A stretch of 64,000 bases of DNA from Ptychomitrium polyphyllum (lineage: Eukaryota), in NCBI GenBank assembly GCA_973851085.1, contig OZ316776.1:7130001-7194000 (forward strand), written 5' to 3'. The notes beneath the pieces were generated by a model. That model was given only the letters and a program-made list of their open reading frames with translations. It did no database searches and was not told where the DNA came from. Positions within the stretch are counted from its first letter, which is position 1. The number at the start of each line of letters is the position of its first letter. Shown here one piece after another: positions 52,300 to 64,000 of the stretch. The translations under genes and the position numbers were made by a program.

Positions 52300-53205
52300 C
52301 GCTTCCAAACTTCCATCGCGCATGCCCAATTGCCCGCAGGTGCTTTTCTCTGCCCGAGTGGGCCTGGCTCGACAGAGCAGCTGGCGGACGAGCCGCGGTG
52401 GACTGCGAATCCCCTTCCCCACCTCAAAGCTGGCTCTCCAGAATGTTCACCACCTTTCAGCCCAGCGTCGTAGACTGCTGGAACCGGATCGGCCTAAGAC
52501 ATCTTTGCGTGTCTCTCGAGATAAGTGATCGCGATGCATACCAACCAGTTCACCAACACCTCTTATTTGAGTCACCTGGAATAAGTATCTGGAGGTTAGT
52601 GGACGTGAAATCACCAGGGTTGGGTGCAGCTTGCAATAAATCCGATTTTCTGATTTTCTGCAGGTCGCAGCTCTATCAAACACGTTTATGCTTTGAAATT
52701 GGCCAATGGCATTGCAGAACCAGCGGATTTTTCCAATCGATAGCCCTCGACACGGATCACAGCGCCAATTTACTAGTTGATTCCGCACACTTACAATCAG
52801 TTGCCTCGTCAAAGTTGGCGACATTTTTACCCGCCCATGAGATTCCCTGGATGTTTAATCTGAAACTTTCTGCTCAAAGGTGGAGATGAAAAATTCTGCC
52901 TAGATCTCATGTGGTGTACATGTGTCCGTGTATGTATCCTGTGGTGCTGATCTTATGATTCAAATCACTTAGTTTGTGCTTCGTAAACTCGTACTAGCAG
53001 GGTTAATTCCGACCAACTCCATTAAAGGTCTTGTTCTCGAGAAGAACACAAATGCATGCCCGCGGCGGATCAGACAGCCTGCTCCTACTAAACAATCAGG
53101 TATCCTGGCCTTCACAAGCAGAGAACCAGCGCTAACCGCTCACTGTTGCGCAGCTTGATGTCACCACCAGAGGGTCATGAATCGACCCCAAAGTAATTGC
53201 TCCCA
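52299..53205 (-). promoter_or_regulatory. P repeat, upstream region of BURP copy 3 (Z-P-G)
   Basis: Offset 22169 from 30130. Confidence 0.85.
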
Positions 53206-56200
53206 GAATGTGATGGCACCTAACTATTCACGGTGTGGACGTTAAGAATTGAGAAGGCCTGTTTATGCCGTTCTGTTCTACCTACTGAAGGGGTTTTCTA
53301 AATGGCCGGAGGTAACGGAGTTGTCGGTCAAATGGTATTGTCTGTTGCATATTGGTGTTTAGGCTTTGATTTGTGCTGATTCCAGGAATAAAGGGGTCTT
53401 ATAATCTGTTCAGTTGATTTGGCACAGCTATAGATTTCATAAATTGAGGTTACAGGGTTTAGACCTAGATGACTGAGGAAACAAGATAGTCGAATGAAAT
53501 TGTGGTTTAGGTGTGTTTTGAAAGTTTCAGGTATTTTGTTCACATTGAGATGTTTGGGTTTATATTTATAGTGTAAATTTTGGAGTCGTGCATAGAAAGA
53601 ATCATAACACTTTAGAAAACACTAAAATAATAACAAGAAATCGGACTAGGTGTAATGTGTAATAGATTCGTTTGTGAAAGGCCTTCAATAAATTCTTCAT
53701 GAGCATGTGGGATTTATGGCCTCTTACGTACTTTTTTTTTTTGGGTGTGAATCCGGAATACCTGTAGGGCATAAAGGTTTAAGCGAAGCCAGGAGGAGGA
53801 ACCGTGACGAAGTCTCTTGACCGTCGTCCCCACCATAGTCAAACCCAACAGCATGATCAGCATGGCGATAAGGTTCCACAGGGTCGACCGCTTTCGTATG
53901 CATCAGCTTGCACCGGGATGGAGACGCAGCACCGGCTTCACCAACAACATTGATTCTCTCCTCTCTTCACTAGTCACTCTGCTGCGGAGGATAATCATTG
54001 TAATTTTCAATTATTGCAAAGGATTCGTATTTGGCATCGACGCTGCTCCATCGAGCACCAGTGCTAGAATGTAAAGGTCCGTGGATTTAAAGTGCAGAAA
54101 GTAAACCGTGCACTCCTTGTGTGAACATATGTTTGGGTTATGAGTAAGTTGAACGTGACACAGACTTGTGTGGTGAGTTGAATGTGCGACAGACTAGTGT
54201 GGTAAGTGAACGTGACACAGACTTGTGTGGTAGTGAGGGGGCAAGCAGGATAAATTGGACAACTTGAGCTGCACTTTGGTCACCTAAAACTTGAGAGTAA
54301 AGCAGGCGACGAATAGTGAGGAAAGTAAGTGACGAATAGTGAGAGGAAAGTGAGTGACGAGTAGTGAGAGGATAGTGAGTGATGAATAGTGAGAGTAATG
54401 CAAGTTGTAAATGTGAAGTGAATTAAAGGTAACAAATATTTATTGAGAACATGATTTTTGAGATTGAAATACTTATATTAGTGTGTTAAACAATATACAT
54501 TTTGACATGACATATCCAAAATTCTTTGAAGGTGTTGTTTGAAATATAAAGTTCAAAACATCTTCAAACATCACCTTTACTTATCTTTTATACTCCTTTT
54601 GAAAATGTGGGTATGGATTGTTATACATTTAACAATTGCTTGAGTTTTTAATGCAATGTTCTATCAACTTGTATATTTTTGTTATACCTTTGAAACACAT
54701 TATAAAAGTATCAAACATTAAAGGCAAAGAAAATAAGGAAAAATTGCACATATACACATTGTACAAAGTACAATTATCACATATATAATACTCTAATAGG
54801 TTAAAAATCAATTTATCAAGAGGAACTCATTGTGAAATAAAAATATTCCACTTTGATGCGTTTCTTTGAGGCTTTTGATTTGAACAAAATAAAGGGCCAC
54901 CTCATTGTTGGATACAATTAGAAGGTTGATTTGTAAGTAGGGTGAATATGATATACATGTCATAATATGAGTCATACATTCCGTAACATGCCTACCTTTG
55001 TAGCCATCATTTTATAAAATGTACTTTCTGCTATTCTAGTATTTAAGAAAACAATAAGGGATTGTACCAACCTTACCATGTCACATCTGCACAAACATCT
55101 CACTTCTTATATTAGTTAATCCATATAACTTTTTATTTTTATTCATATTAATATCGCTCTAATTGGATTTCTATACATGCTTCAAAATTATTATGAGCAT
55201 CTTGCATGCACAAAACCAATGAATGGTTCTACAAACCTGCCAAACATGATACAATTGTGTCATATACTATAACAAATTTCTCTCAAATAAGGCATTTATT
55301 GAAGTCAAAATTTTCAATGAAATTTGGACAATAAATTTTACTACGCACTCAATTACATGAATTATGGCTTCAAAATCTAATATAATGATATCATACACAA
55401 TCAAACAATAATAGTGCCAAAACATTCAATTCATCCCTGCATTGAGATGTGGCTACTTTATTGTAGTTAAAAGCCTCCATGACAATACATTCTAACCTAG
55501 CAATATATGGACAATCTATGGATGTGTTCAAGTGATTAAATATTAGTTAAAAACTTAAAATTTTATATTTAATAGAATGTTTCTTAAGTTGAAATTTCTA
55601 ATGAAATTTACATCACCAAAAAGATGGAATAATGACTCCATTTTGAAAGATTCAAAGCTTCAAATAAATAACATCCATTCAAAGGAACACAACATCATTG
55701 CACATCAAGTATAGATTTACATAAATGTTTAAGTAAATAATACATACACTACCAAACAATTACAAATAGAGCTTGTTCAATGCTACAACAACTATAGATT
55801 CTTTAATGTGTATCCAAGCTTACAAATACGCTTACGTGATCTAACAAAAACAACACACAATGTCTTCATACTCTACACCCTAGCAAATTTATAATTCACT
55901 AATTAAAAGTGAAAAGGCTCCTACAACATCATAAACACTAACTTCGCATCCAAAGATTAGTTGCATCTATCTACAATTTATAAATTCAAAATATCATTCT
56001 CTAGAATACTGTCATTGCGAAGGATCTTTTATTCATGCATATTTCTGCCAAAAGTATCCAAACATGTATGCTTACAACAAGTGTGCTCAAACTCATCCTT
56101 TAACAATGGCTTTTGCAGGTGGTAATCTTCAATTCCATAAACAACTCAATTACAAATTCCCTCAAAGCTTTTCCGTACAAGATAGCATTTGCATATGTGT

Positions 56201-58815
56201 CTATTACATTCATGTGCTCATGTGGTCGCAATACATAACTACAAAAGAACATGGACATAGTCCTTGATGTATTTGATTCCAAAACACCCTCTTACAAATG
56301 TTGTGTCTTCCCCCTCGTGAATAGACATCTCAACGTTCCATGTGCACAATCAAACGACTTCAAAATCCAAATGGTCAATGTTCATTTGCTACCAGTGCCT
56401 ACAAGATTCAGATGTCACATATCACTAACGCCCGAGGAAGTACAAAATTCTATACATTGGATGATGCAAAAGATGATCTCCTTCATAACATGGAAAGACC
56501 TCTTGTCACACCATCTCTAGATCCACGTGATGTTGGGCAGCGGCCATTGCTTGTTTATGACAGAACCACAAGAACAATACTCGTACTTTTGGCATTCCAA
56601 AAGTGCGGGTGAAATTTGGATCTTTTGAAACCAATGGATGTTTCCGGACACCTAAAGTGAAGTTGCAAATGGCCAATCAAAGAATCTTTGGAAAAGGCGC
56701 TTTCCGACCGTTGCTGCCATATGCCTCTTGATTGGTGTGTACGAAGAGTACGTCATGTCTACATCGTACGTTTGTTGAGGAGCACCTTCTGTGCAAACGC
56801 GTCCTTGTCATAGCTATAGCCATTCCTTGAGCCATCACCAATGCAAAATCCACTGCTCACTTTGGAGTGGCAGTTGTCTTCATGGTAGGTGAGCATCTTT
56901 GGTACAAAGTACAACTTTGTGCTTCAAAGTACTTTGAGAATATAATCTTTGATCTTCTTATCTATGCAGTTGCAAAGGACTTAGTCAACAAGGAGGAGGA
57001 TTTCTTCTTTAATAGGGTATAACTAAGCTTTTGTGGTGTAGGAATTGTTATTGTCTTACACTATAATCAACTTGATTCGGGTTCTTCCATTATTTAAGAC
57101 ATGTGTCTAATCCTTTGAATCATTTGTGCTAATGCCTCAATTTGTTGAAATACTATTATTTAGACTATTTTTGACAAGACATTGTTGGTTGGTGTACCAT
57201 TTGACATGACACATGACTGTCTCAAACTTGCTTATAGTGTGCAAATTCATGCTTATAGCCTGCTTGAATTCAAACATCGTTGCTTCTATTATAGTGTAAG
57301 CCAATTGGAAATAAGATTGTAGGCCAATGTATCTTATTATTTTATGTTAAAGTGTATAAATACATATACAACCTTTGAACACAATCATTGAATACACATT
57401 TATCTTGCATGAATTGATTGAGCGTGAGTAATCACCAAAGACTTGTTATAGATTGAATGATGCAATTAACCCAGTTGGCAAAATTTCCAAGTGAGTATCA
57501 CAAAGAAGCTTCACAAAGGCTTGACTTATGTTTCCAAGGTCAGATTTTGCTAGGACTTTGAGAATACCAGGTGTGTTTTTAGATTGGAATACCCATAACT
57601 TTACATGCCTCCTCCCAACACTACCACTTGGTTCTTTATGCTTACTCAGTCACTAGTATGAACTATCGCAGATGTGCAATAGTGTAAATCATTGGAAGAT
57701 CATCGGACCATACACAATTGGCGGATCAATTGTATTCCAGAGTGACTTTGAAGCACAAAGCTGTACTTTGTACCAAAGATGCCCACCTACCATGAAGACA
57801 TGTGCCACTCCAAAGTGAACAGTGGATTTTGCATTGGTGATGGCTCAAGGAATGGCTATAGCTATGACATGGATGCGTTTGCACAGATGGTGCTCCTCAA
57901 CAAACGTACAATGTAGACATGACGTACTCTTCGTACACATCAATCAAGAGGCACATGGCAGCAACGGTCGGAAAGCGCCTTTTCCAAAGATTCTTCGATT
58001 GGCCATTTGCAACTTCATCGTAGGTGTCCGGACACATCCATTGGTTTTAAAGGATCCAAATTTCACCTGCACTTTTGGGCTGCCAAAAGTACGAGTATTC
58101 TTTTTGTGGTTCTATCATAAACAAGCAATGGCCGCTGCCCAGCATCACCTGGATCTAGACATGGTGGCTAGGGCTCTTTCCACGCTATGAAGGACGTCAC
58201 GTTTTGGATCATGTAATGTATAGATTTTTGTACTTCCTTGCACAATAGTGATATGTGACACCTGAATCTTGTAGACACTGGTGGCAAATGAACATGGACC
58301 ATTTAGATGTAGGAAATGATCAGGGAGAATTTAGATGTAAGAAATGATCAGGGACCATTTAGATTTTGAAGTCATTTGATATTGCACAAGGAATGGTGAG
58401 GTGTTTACTTTGAGAAGGATGGCACAACAATTGTAAGAGTGTCTTTTAGAGTCAAGTATATCATTGATTAGTTCCATTCTTCGTTGTATGAATGTATTGT
58501 GATGAGATTAGCACAGGAATTTAGCGGACATAGATCTATGTGCTACACAGAACTAGAAGGCTTTGCCGAGATTTGTAACTGAATTGTGTATAGAATTGAA
58601 AATTACTACCCAAAAACCGTTGGTACAAGATGGGCGCAAGCACACATTATAAGCATACATGTTTGAGTACTTTTGGCAAAAGATATAAAAGAAGAAAGAT
58701 CCTTCACAATGGTGACATCTTGAAAAATGATGTATTCTACACGTTAATAAAAGAAAGAAATACCTTTATCTACGATTGTATCTGACACCATAATAATACA
58801 GGTGACATCTCAATT

Positions 58816-59722
58816 TGGGAGCAATTATTTTGGGGTCGATTCATGACCCTCTGGTGGTGACATCAAGCTGCGCAACAGTGAGCGGTTAGCGCTGGTTCTC
58901 TGCTTGTGAAGGCCAGGATACCTGATTGTTTAGTAGGAGCAGGCTGTCTGATCCGCCGCGGGCATGCATTTGTGTTCTTCTCGAGAACAAGACCTTTAAT
59001 GGAGTTGGTCGGAATTAACCCTGCTAGTACGAGTTTACGAAGCACAAACTAAGTGATTTGAATCATAAGATCAGCACCACAGGATACATACACGGACACA
59101 TGTACACCACATGAGATCTAGGCAGAATTTTTCATCTCCACCTTTGAGCAGAAAGTTTCAGATTAAACATCCAGGGAATCTCATGGGCGGGTAAAAATGT
59201 CGCCAACTTTGACGAGGCAACTGATTGTAAGTGTGCGGAATCAACTAGTAAATTGGCGCTGTGATCCGTGTCGAGGGCTATCGATTGGAAAAATCCGCTG
59301 GTTCTGCAATGCCATTGGCCAATTTCAAAGCATAAACGTGTTTGATAGAGCTGCGACCTGCAGAAAATCAGAAAATCGGATTTATTGCAAGCTGCACCCA
59401 ACCCTGGTGATTTCACGTCCACTAACCTCCAGATACTTATTCCAGGTGACTCAAATAAGAGGTGTTGGTGAACTGGTTGGTATGCATCGCGATCACTTAT
59501 CTCGAGAGACACGCAAAGATGTCTTAGGCCGATCCGGTTCCAGCAGTCTACGACGCTGGGCTGAAAGGTGGTGAACATTCTGGAGAGCCAGCTTTGAGGT
59601 GGGGAAGGGGATTCGCAGTCCACCGCGGCTCGTCCGCCAGCTGCTCTGTCGAGCCAGGCCCACTCGGGCAGAGAAAAGCACCTGCGGGCAATTGGGCATG
59701 CGCGATGGAAGTTTGAAAGCGT
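58816..59722 (+). repeat. P repeat, orphan (W-P-X)
   Basis: Offset 22169 from 36647. Confidence 0.95.
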
Positions 59723-62700
59723 GAAGAAGATTTTAAAATTTCCATGTGCCTTAACATTCCAGTGCAGTACATCAAGAATTTGCAAATCTTTACCCTCGCT
59801 ATATGATACATGTATCATACAATGTTCTCAAGGATGACATATATTTGTTCCAAGTTCCATGTATACTACCAGCTTTGCAATCAATCAAATGTATGCACTT
59901 TACAACCTAACCATGTTCCATTTGTTTTAGAGATGCATTGTGCAACGTGAAAATGTGTGACTTAGTTTTGGTACATATTTAGATTTCCATGTGCCTCAAA
60001 GTTTCACTACACTATATCAAGAATTTGCAATTCTATATCCTTCACCGTATGATACATGTACCATACAATGTTCTCAAGGATGGAATACATTTGTTTCTTC
60101 TGCTATTTATGATTCTTTATTTCGACATTGAAGCACAATCTTTTATTCATTTTGACAAAAACCTAAATTTCTTCCATGAGCTTGACTTGCATTAGAGCTT
60201 TAAATGAATATTTCCTTCACTGGTTTTCTTCAACATCCATTTCATTGCATTTACTTGAGTATAATCTATCTCCATCTATTTTGTCTTTGCTTCCGTATCT
60301 TCAAAGTATCATCGTTGTTGTCCACTGCGCATTAAACATTTTTGTGCAAATGATTGAATATTTGCATTGGTCAATCCTACAACAAACAAAGCCAAGAAGT
60401 TGGAATGATTTCATTCTATTCTTGCTTGCTCTGCTATATTAGAACGTTGTCCTAATCAACGCACAAAAAAATCATTGCATGAAATGTGAAATTTTCTTTC
60501 ACACATGCTATCACAATCATATAGATTAGAAGCTTTTGGAAGGACCAAGAAGGTTCAAGGAGGTCTAGGAAGGTTCCTATAAGGTCTAAGGAAATTCAAG
60601 AAGGTTTTGAGAAGATCCAAGAAGGTCTAGGAAGGTTCCGAAGAAGCTACCTTGGTTAAAGAAGCTTCCAAAGGAGCAATTCAAGGTTGCTTGAGTACGA
60701 AGCCTTCTATTGGAATCCTCTTGTGAAGCTTCCAAGGCTTTTCTTTCTAGTATATGTAAGAATAAAAGTTGGAGAGATTTTGAGTCTAGACAACGCAGAT
60801 TTTGTGGCCCAGTTTAGACTTTTTAGATTTAAACCTTATTGTGATATAAGTCTAGTTAGACCATCCCCTTGTGTTGATTCCTTGTCTTGTCTTTCCATGC
60901 ATAATACATGCTGAGTCTCAATAAATTTCAAATCGTGCCTTCAACTTAAGTAATGTAAGAATTTTCTTTTGTTGACACAATGCTTGTAGAACTAAACAAT
61001 TTGAAATATCATCTTACATGATGTTGTATCATGATCAATGTATTGATCCATTGCCTAATGGTACCGTTACACATTTTGCTGCTTGTTCCTGATTAATGTA
61101 CACAAGTAAATTCAATACATATGTAAAGATGCATGCGTACACTCAAATCATACGTATTGGTGACTTATGAAATCCACAACTTTAAATGCACCTTCCAAAT
61201 GAAACTACTTCAACTAAGTAATTTTACATTATTTTACCTTTCTACCTAGAATTTCCTTCTATCTACCACATCTTGCATATTCTTCCTTTGATTCTTCTAA
61301 CAAACTACTAATAGTCCATACAACATGGAAATTTGTTGTTGTATGTTTTGAATAATACTTACTAATTTTTGCTTATGTCAAAATTTAGGAGTCTTTGGTT
61401 ATAGGTAATGCTTTCATTCAACAACAATGAATTAATAAAGTCACAATTAAATGCCACAATAGTTCAAAATAAAGCTCTAAATCATTGCACCCAACCAATG
61501 TAAGACTTGCCACTTTGAATATGGTAACCTATAGTTCTTCTACATTCCAAACTCCTTCTTTTACAAATTATGATAATACATCTTGACAGGCCCCTCCTAT
61601 GTACTCTCTCTACTATGCAAATTGCTCTCCAAAGCTAAACATGCATCATCACACTTTGGTTTGTATTCCTGCAAGCAACATAAAATCCATCTAATTATCC
61701 CTTTTGTGATATCTACAAAAGACTACTGGTATTCCAAGAGGACCACTAAAACGCGTTCCACGCTATACAGTAGCTCACTAATTTAGAATATCATTCTCTA
61801 GAATACCATCATTGTGAAGGACCTTTTATTCTTCCATTTTAATGCAAGAAGTACTTCAAACATGCATGCTTGCAACATGTGTGCCCAAACACATTCTTTA
61901 ACAATGGCTTTTCAGATAGTAAATCTCAACTCTACAAACAACTCAACTACAAATTCCCTCAAAGCTCTTTAGTTCTAGATAGCACTTAGATTTGTAAGCA
62001 CAAAATTCAAGTGCTGATCTTGTCACAATACGTTCTTCCAAAAAGACATGGATTTAATCATTCATATACTTGATTCTAAGAGGCACTCCTACAATTGATG
62101 TGTCTTCTCTATAGTAAATAGACATCTCAACATTCCATGTGCACGATCAAATGACTTCAAAATCTAAATGGTCCCTGATCATTTCCTACATCTAAATGGT
62201 CCATGTTCATTTGCCACCAGTGTCTACAAGATTCAGGTGTCACATATCACTATTGTGCAAGGAAGTACAAAAATCTATACATTACATGATCCAAAACGTG
62301 ACGTCCTTCATAGCGTGGAAAGAGCCCTAGCCACCATGTCTAGATCCAGGTGATGCTGGGCAGCGGCCATTGCTTGTTTATGATAGAACCACAAAAAGAA
62401 TACTCGTACTTTTGGCAGCCCAAAAGTGCAGGTGAAATTTGGATCCTTTAAAACCAATGGATGTGTCCGGACACCTACGATGAAGTTGCAAATGGCCAAT
62501 CGAAGAATCTTTGGAAAAGGCGCTTTCCGACCGTTGCTGCCATGTGCCTCTTGATTGATGTGTACGAAGAGTACGTCATGTCTACATTGTACGTTTGTTG
62601 AGGAGCACCATCTGTGCAAACGCATCCATGTCATAGCTATAGCCATTCCTTGAGCCATCACCAATGCAAAATCCACTGTTCACTTTGGAGTGGCACATGT

Positions 62701-64000
62701 CTTCATGGTAGGTGGGCATCTTTGGTACAAAGTACAACTTTGTGCTTCAAAGTCACTCTGGAATACAATTGATCCGCCAATTGTGTATGGTCCGATGATC
62801 TTCCAATGATTTACACTATTGCACATCTGCGATAGTTCATACTAGTGACTGAGTAAGCATAAAGAACCAAGTGGTAGTGTTGGGAGGAGGCATGTAAAGT
62901 TATGGGTATTCCAATCTAAAAACACACCTGGTATTCTCAAAGTCCTAGCAAAATCTGACCTTGGAAACATAAGTCAAGCCTTTGTGAAGCTTCTTTGTGA
63001 TACTCACTTGGAAATTTTGCCAACTGGGTTAATTGCATCATTCAATCTATAACAAGTCTTTGGTGATTACTCACGCTCAATCAATTCATGCAAGATAAAT
63101 GTGTATTCAATGATTGTGTTCAAAGGTTGTATATGTATTTATACACTTTAACATAAAATAATAAGATACATTGGCCTACAATCTTATTTCCAATTGGCTT
63201 ACACTATAATAGAAGCAACGATGTTTGAATTCAAGCAGGCTATAAGCATGAATTTGCACACTATAAGCAAGTTTGAGACAGTCATGTGTCATGTCAAATG
63301 GTACACCAACCAACAATGTCTTGTCAAAAATAGTCTAAATAATAGTATTTCAACAAATTGAGGCATTAGCACAAATGATTCAAAGGATTAGACACATGTC
63401 TTAAATAATGGAAGAACCCGAATCAAGTTGATTATAGTGTAAGACAATAACAATTCCTACACCACAAAAGCTTAGTTATACCCTATTAAAGAAGAAATCC
63501 TCCTCCTTGTTGACTAAGTCCTTTGCAACTGCATAGATAAGAAGATCAAAGATTATATTCTCAAAGTACTTTGAAGCACAAAGTTGTACTTTGTACCAAA
63601 GATGCTCACCTACCATGAAGACAACTGCCACTCCAAAGTGAGCAGTGGATTTTGCATTGGTGATGGCTCAAGGAATGGCTATAGCTATGACAAGGACGCG
63701 TTTGCACAGAAGGTGCTCCTCAACAAACGTACGATGTAGACATGACGTACTCTTCGTACACACCAATCAAGAGGCACATGGCAGCAACGGTCGGAAAGCG
63801 CCTTTTCCAAAGATTCTTTGATTGGCCATTTGCAACTTCACTTTAGGTGTCCGGAAACATCCATTGGTTTCAAAAGATCCAAATTTCACCCGCACTTTTG
63901 GAATGCCAAAAGTACGAGTATTGTTCTTGTGGTTCTGTCATAAACAAGCAATGGCCGCTGCCCAACATCACGTGGATCTAGAGATGGTGTGACAAGAGGT

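Larger units (their letters stand above)
40003..58326. repeat. Inverted repeat, arms about 40003-46024 and 52305-58326 (6 kb) around BURP copy 3
   Basis: Coordinate sum 98329 (40139/58190, 41717/56612, 45171/53158). Confidence 0.92.
17835..64000 (+). repeat. Higher-order tandem repeat, period 22,169 bp (about 2.08 copies)
   Basis: Marker ORFs recur at +22169: 19548/41717, 23002/45171, 28941/51110, 36694/58863, 40139/62308. Confidence 0.95.

Noticed and set aside
1..64000. Separate burpitide precursor-peptide gene near the BURP genes
   Set aside because: No ORF with a signal peptide and repeated Tyr/Trp core motifs was found in the monomer.
1..64000. Organelle genome or plasmid
   Set aside because: The isomer-like structure is suggestive, but the only gene has a spliceosomal intron, TATA box and signal peptide, and no organellar or replication genes are present.

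Overview
Eukaryotic land-plant DNA: a GC-rich intron-containing gene sits in AT-rich, repeat-derived sequence, and a moss/bryophyte origin is only my guess. The one gene I can support is a two-exon, secreted, PG1beta-like BURP-domain gene, present three times with identical exon-2 translations (10226-11298 +, 28941-30013 -, 51110-52182 -). The whole 64 kb is built from about 13.7 kb of sequence. Four blocks are used: G (BURP gene plus 3' flank, about 3 kb), X (about 2.1 kb), W (about 0.1 kb plus a diverged H flank) and Y-Hb-Z (about 4.3 kb). They are always joined through one of two repeats: P, the 907-bp BURP upstream region (9 copies, 6 with no gene and a broken TATA box), or H, a roughly 1.2-kb repeat of unknown origin. 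The window reads as a walk around a 13.7-kb circular map carrying inverted P/P' and H/H' pairs, reversing direction five times. This produces nested 5-13 kb inverted repeats and a 22,169-bp higher-order tandem unit (13,692 + 8,477). Copy-specific SNPs and indels argue the copies are real, but long reads are needed to exclude mis-assembly. Repeat boundaries were placed by eye and are approximate unless stated.
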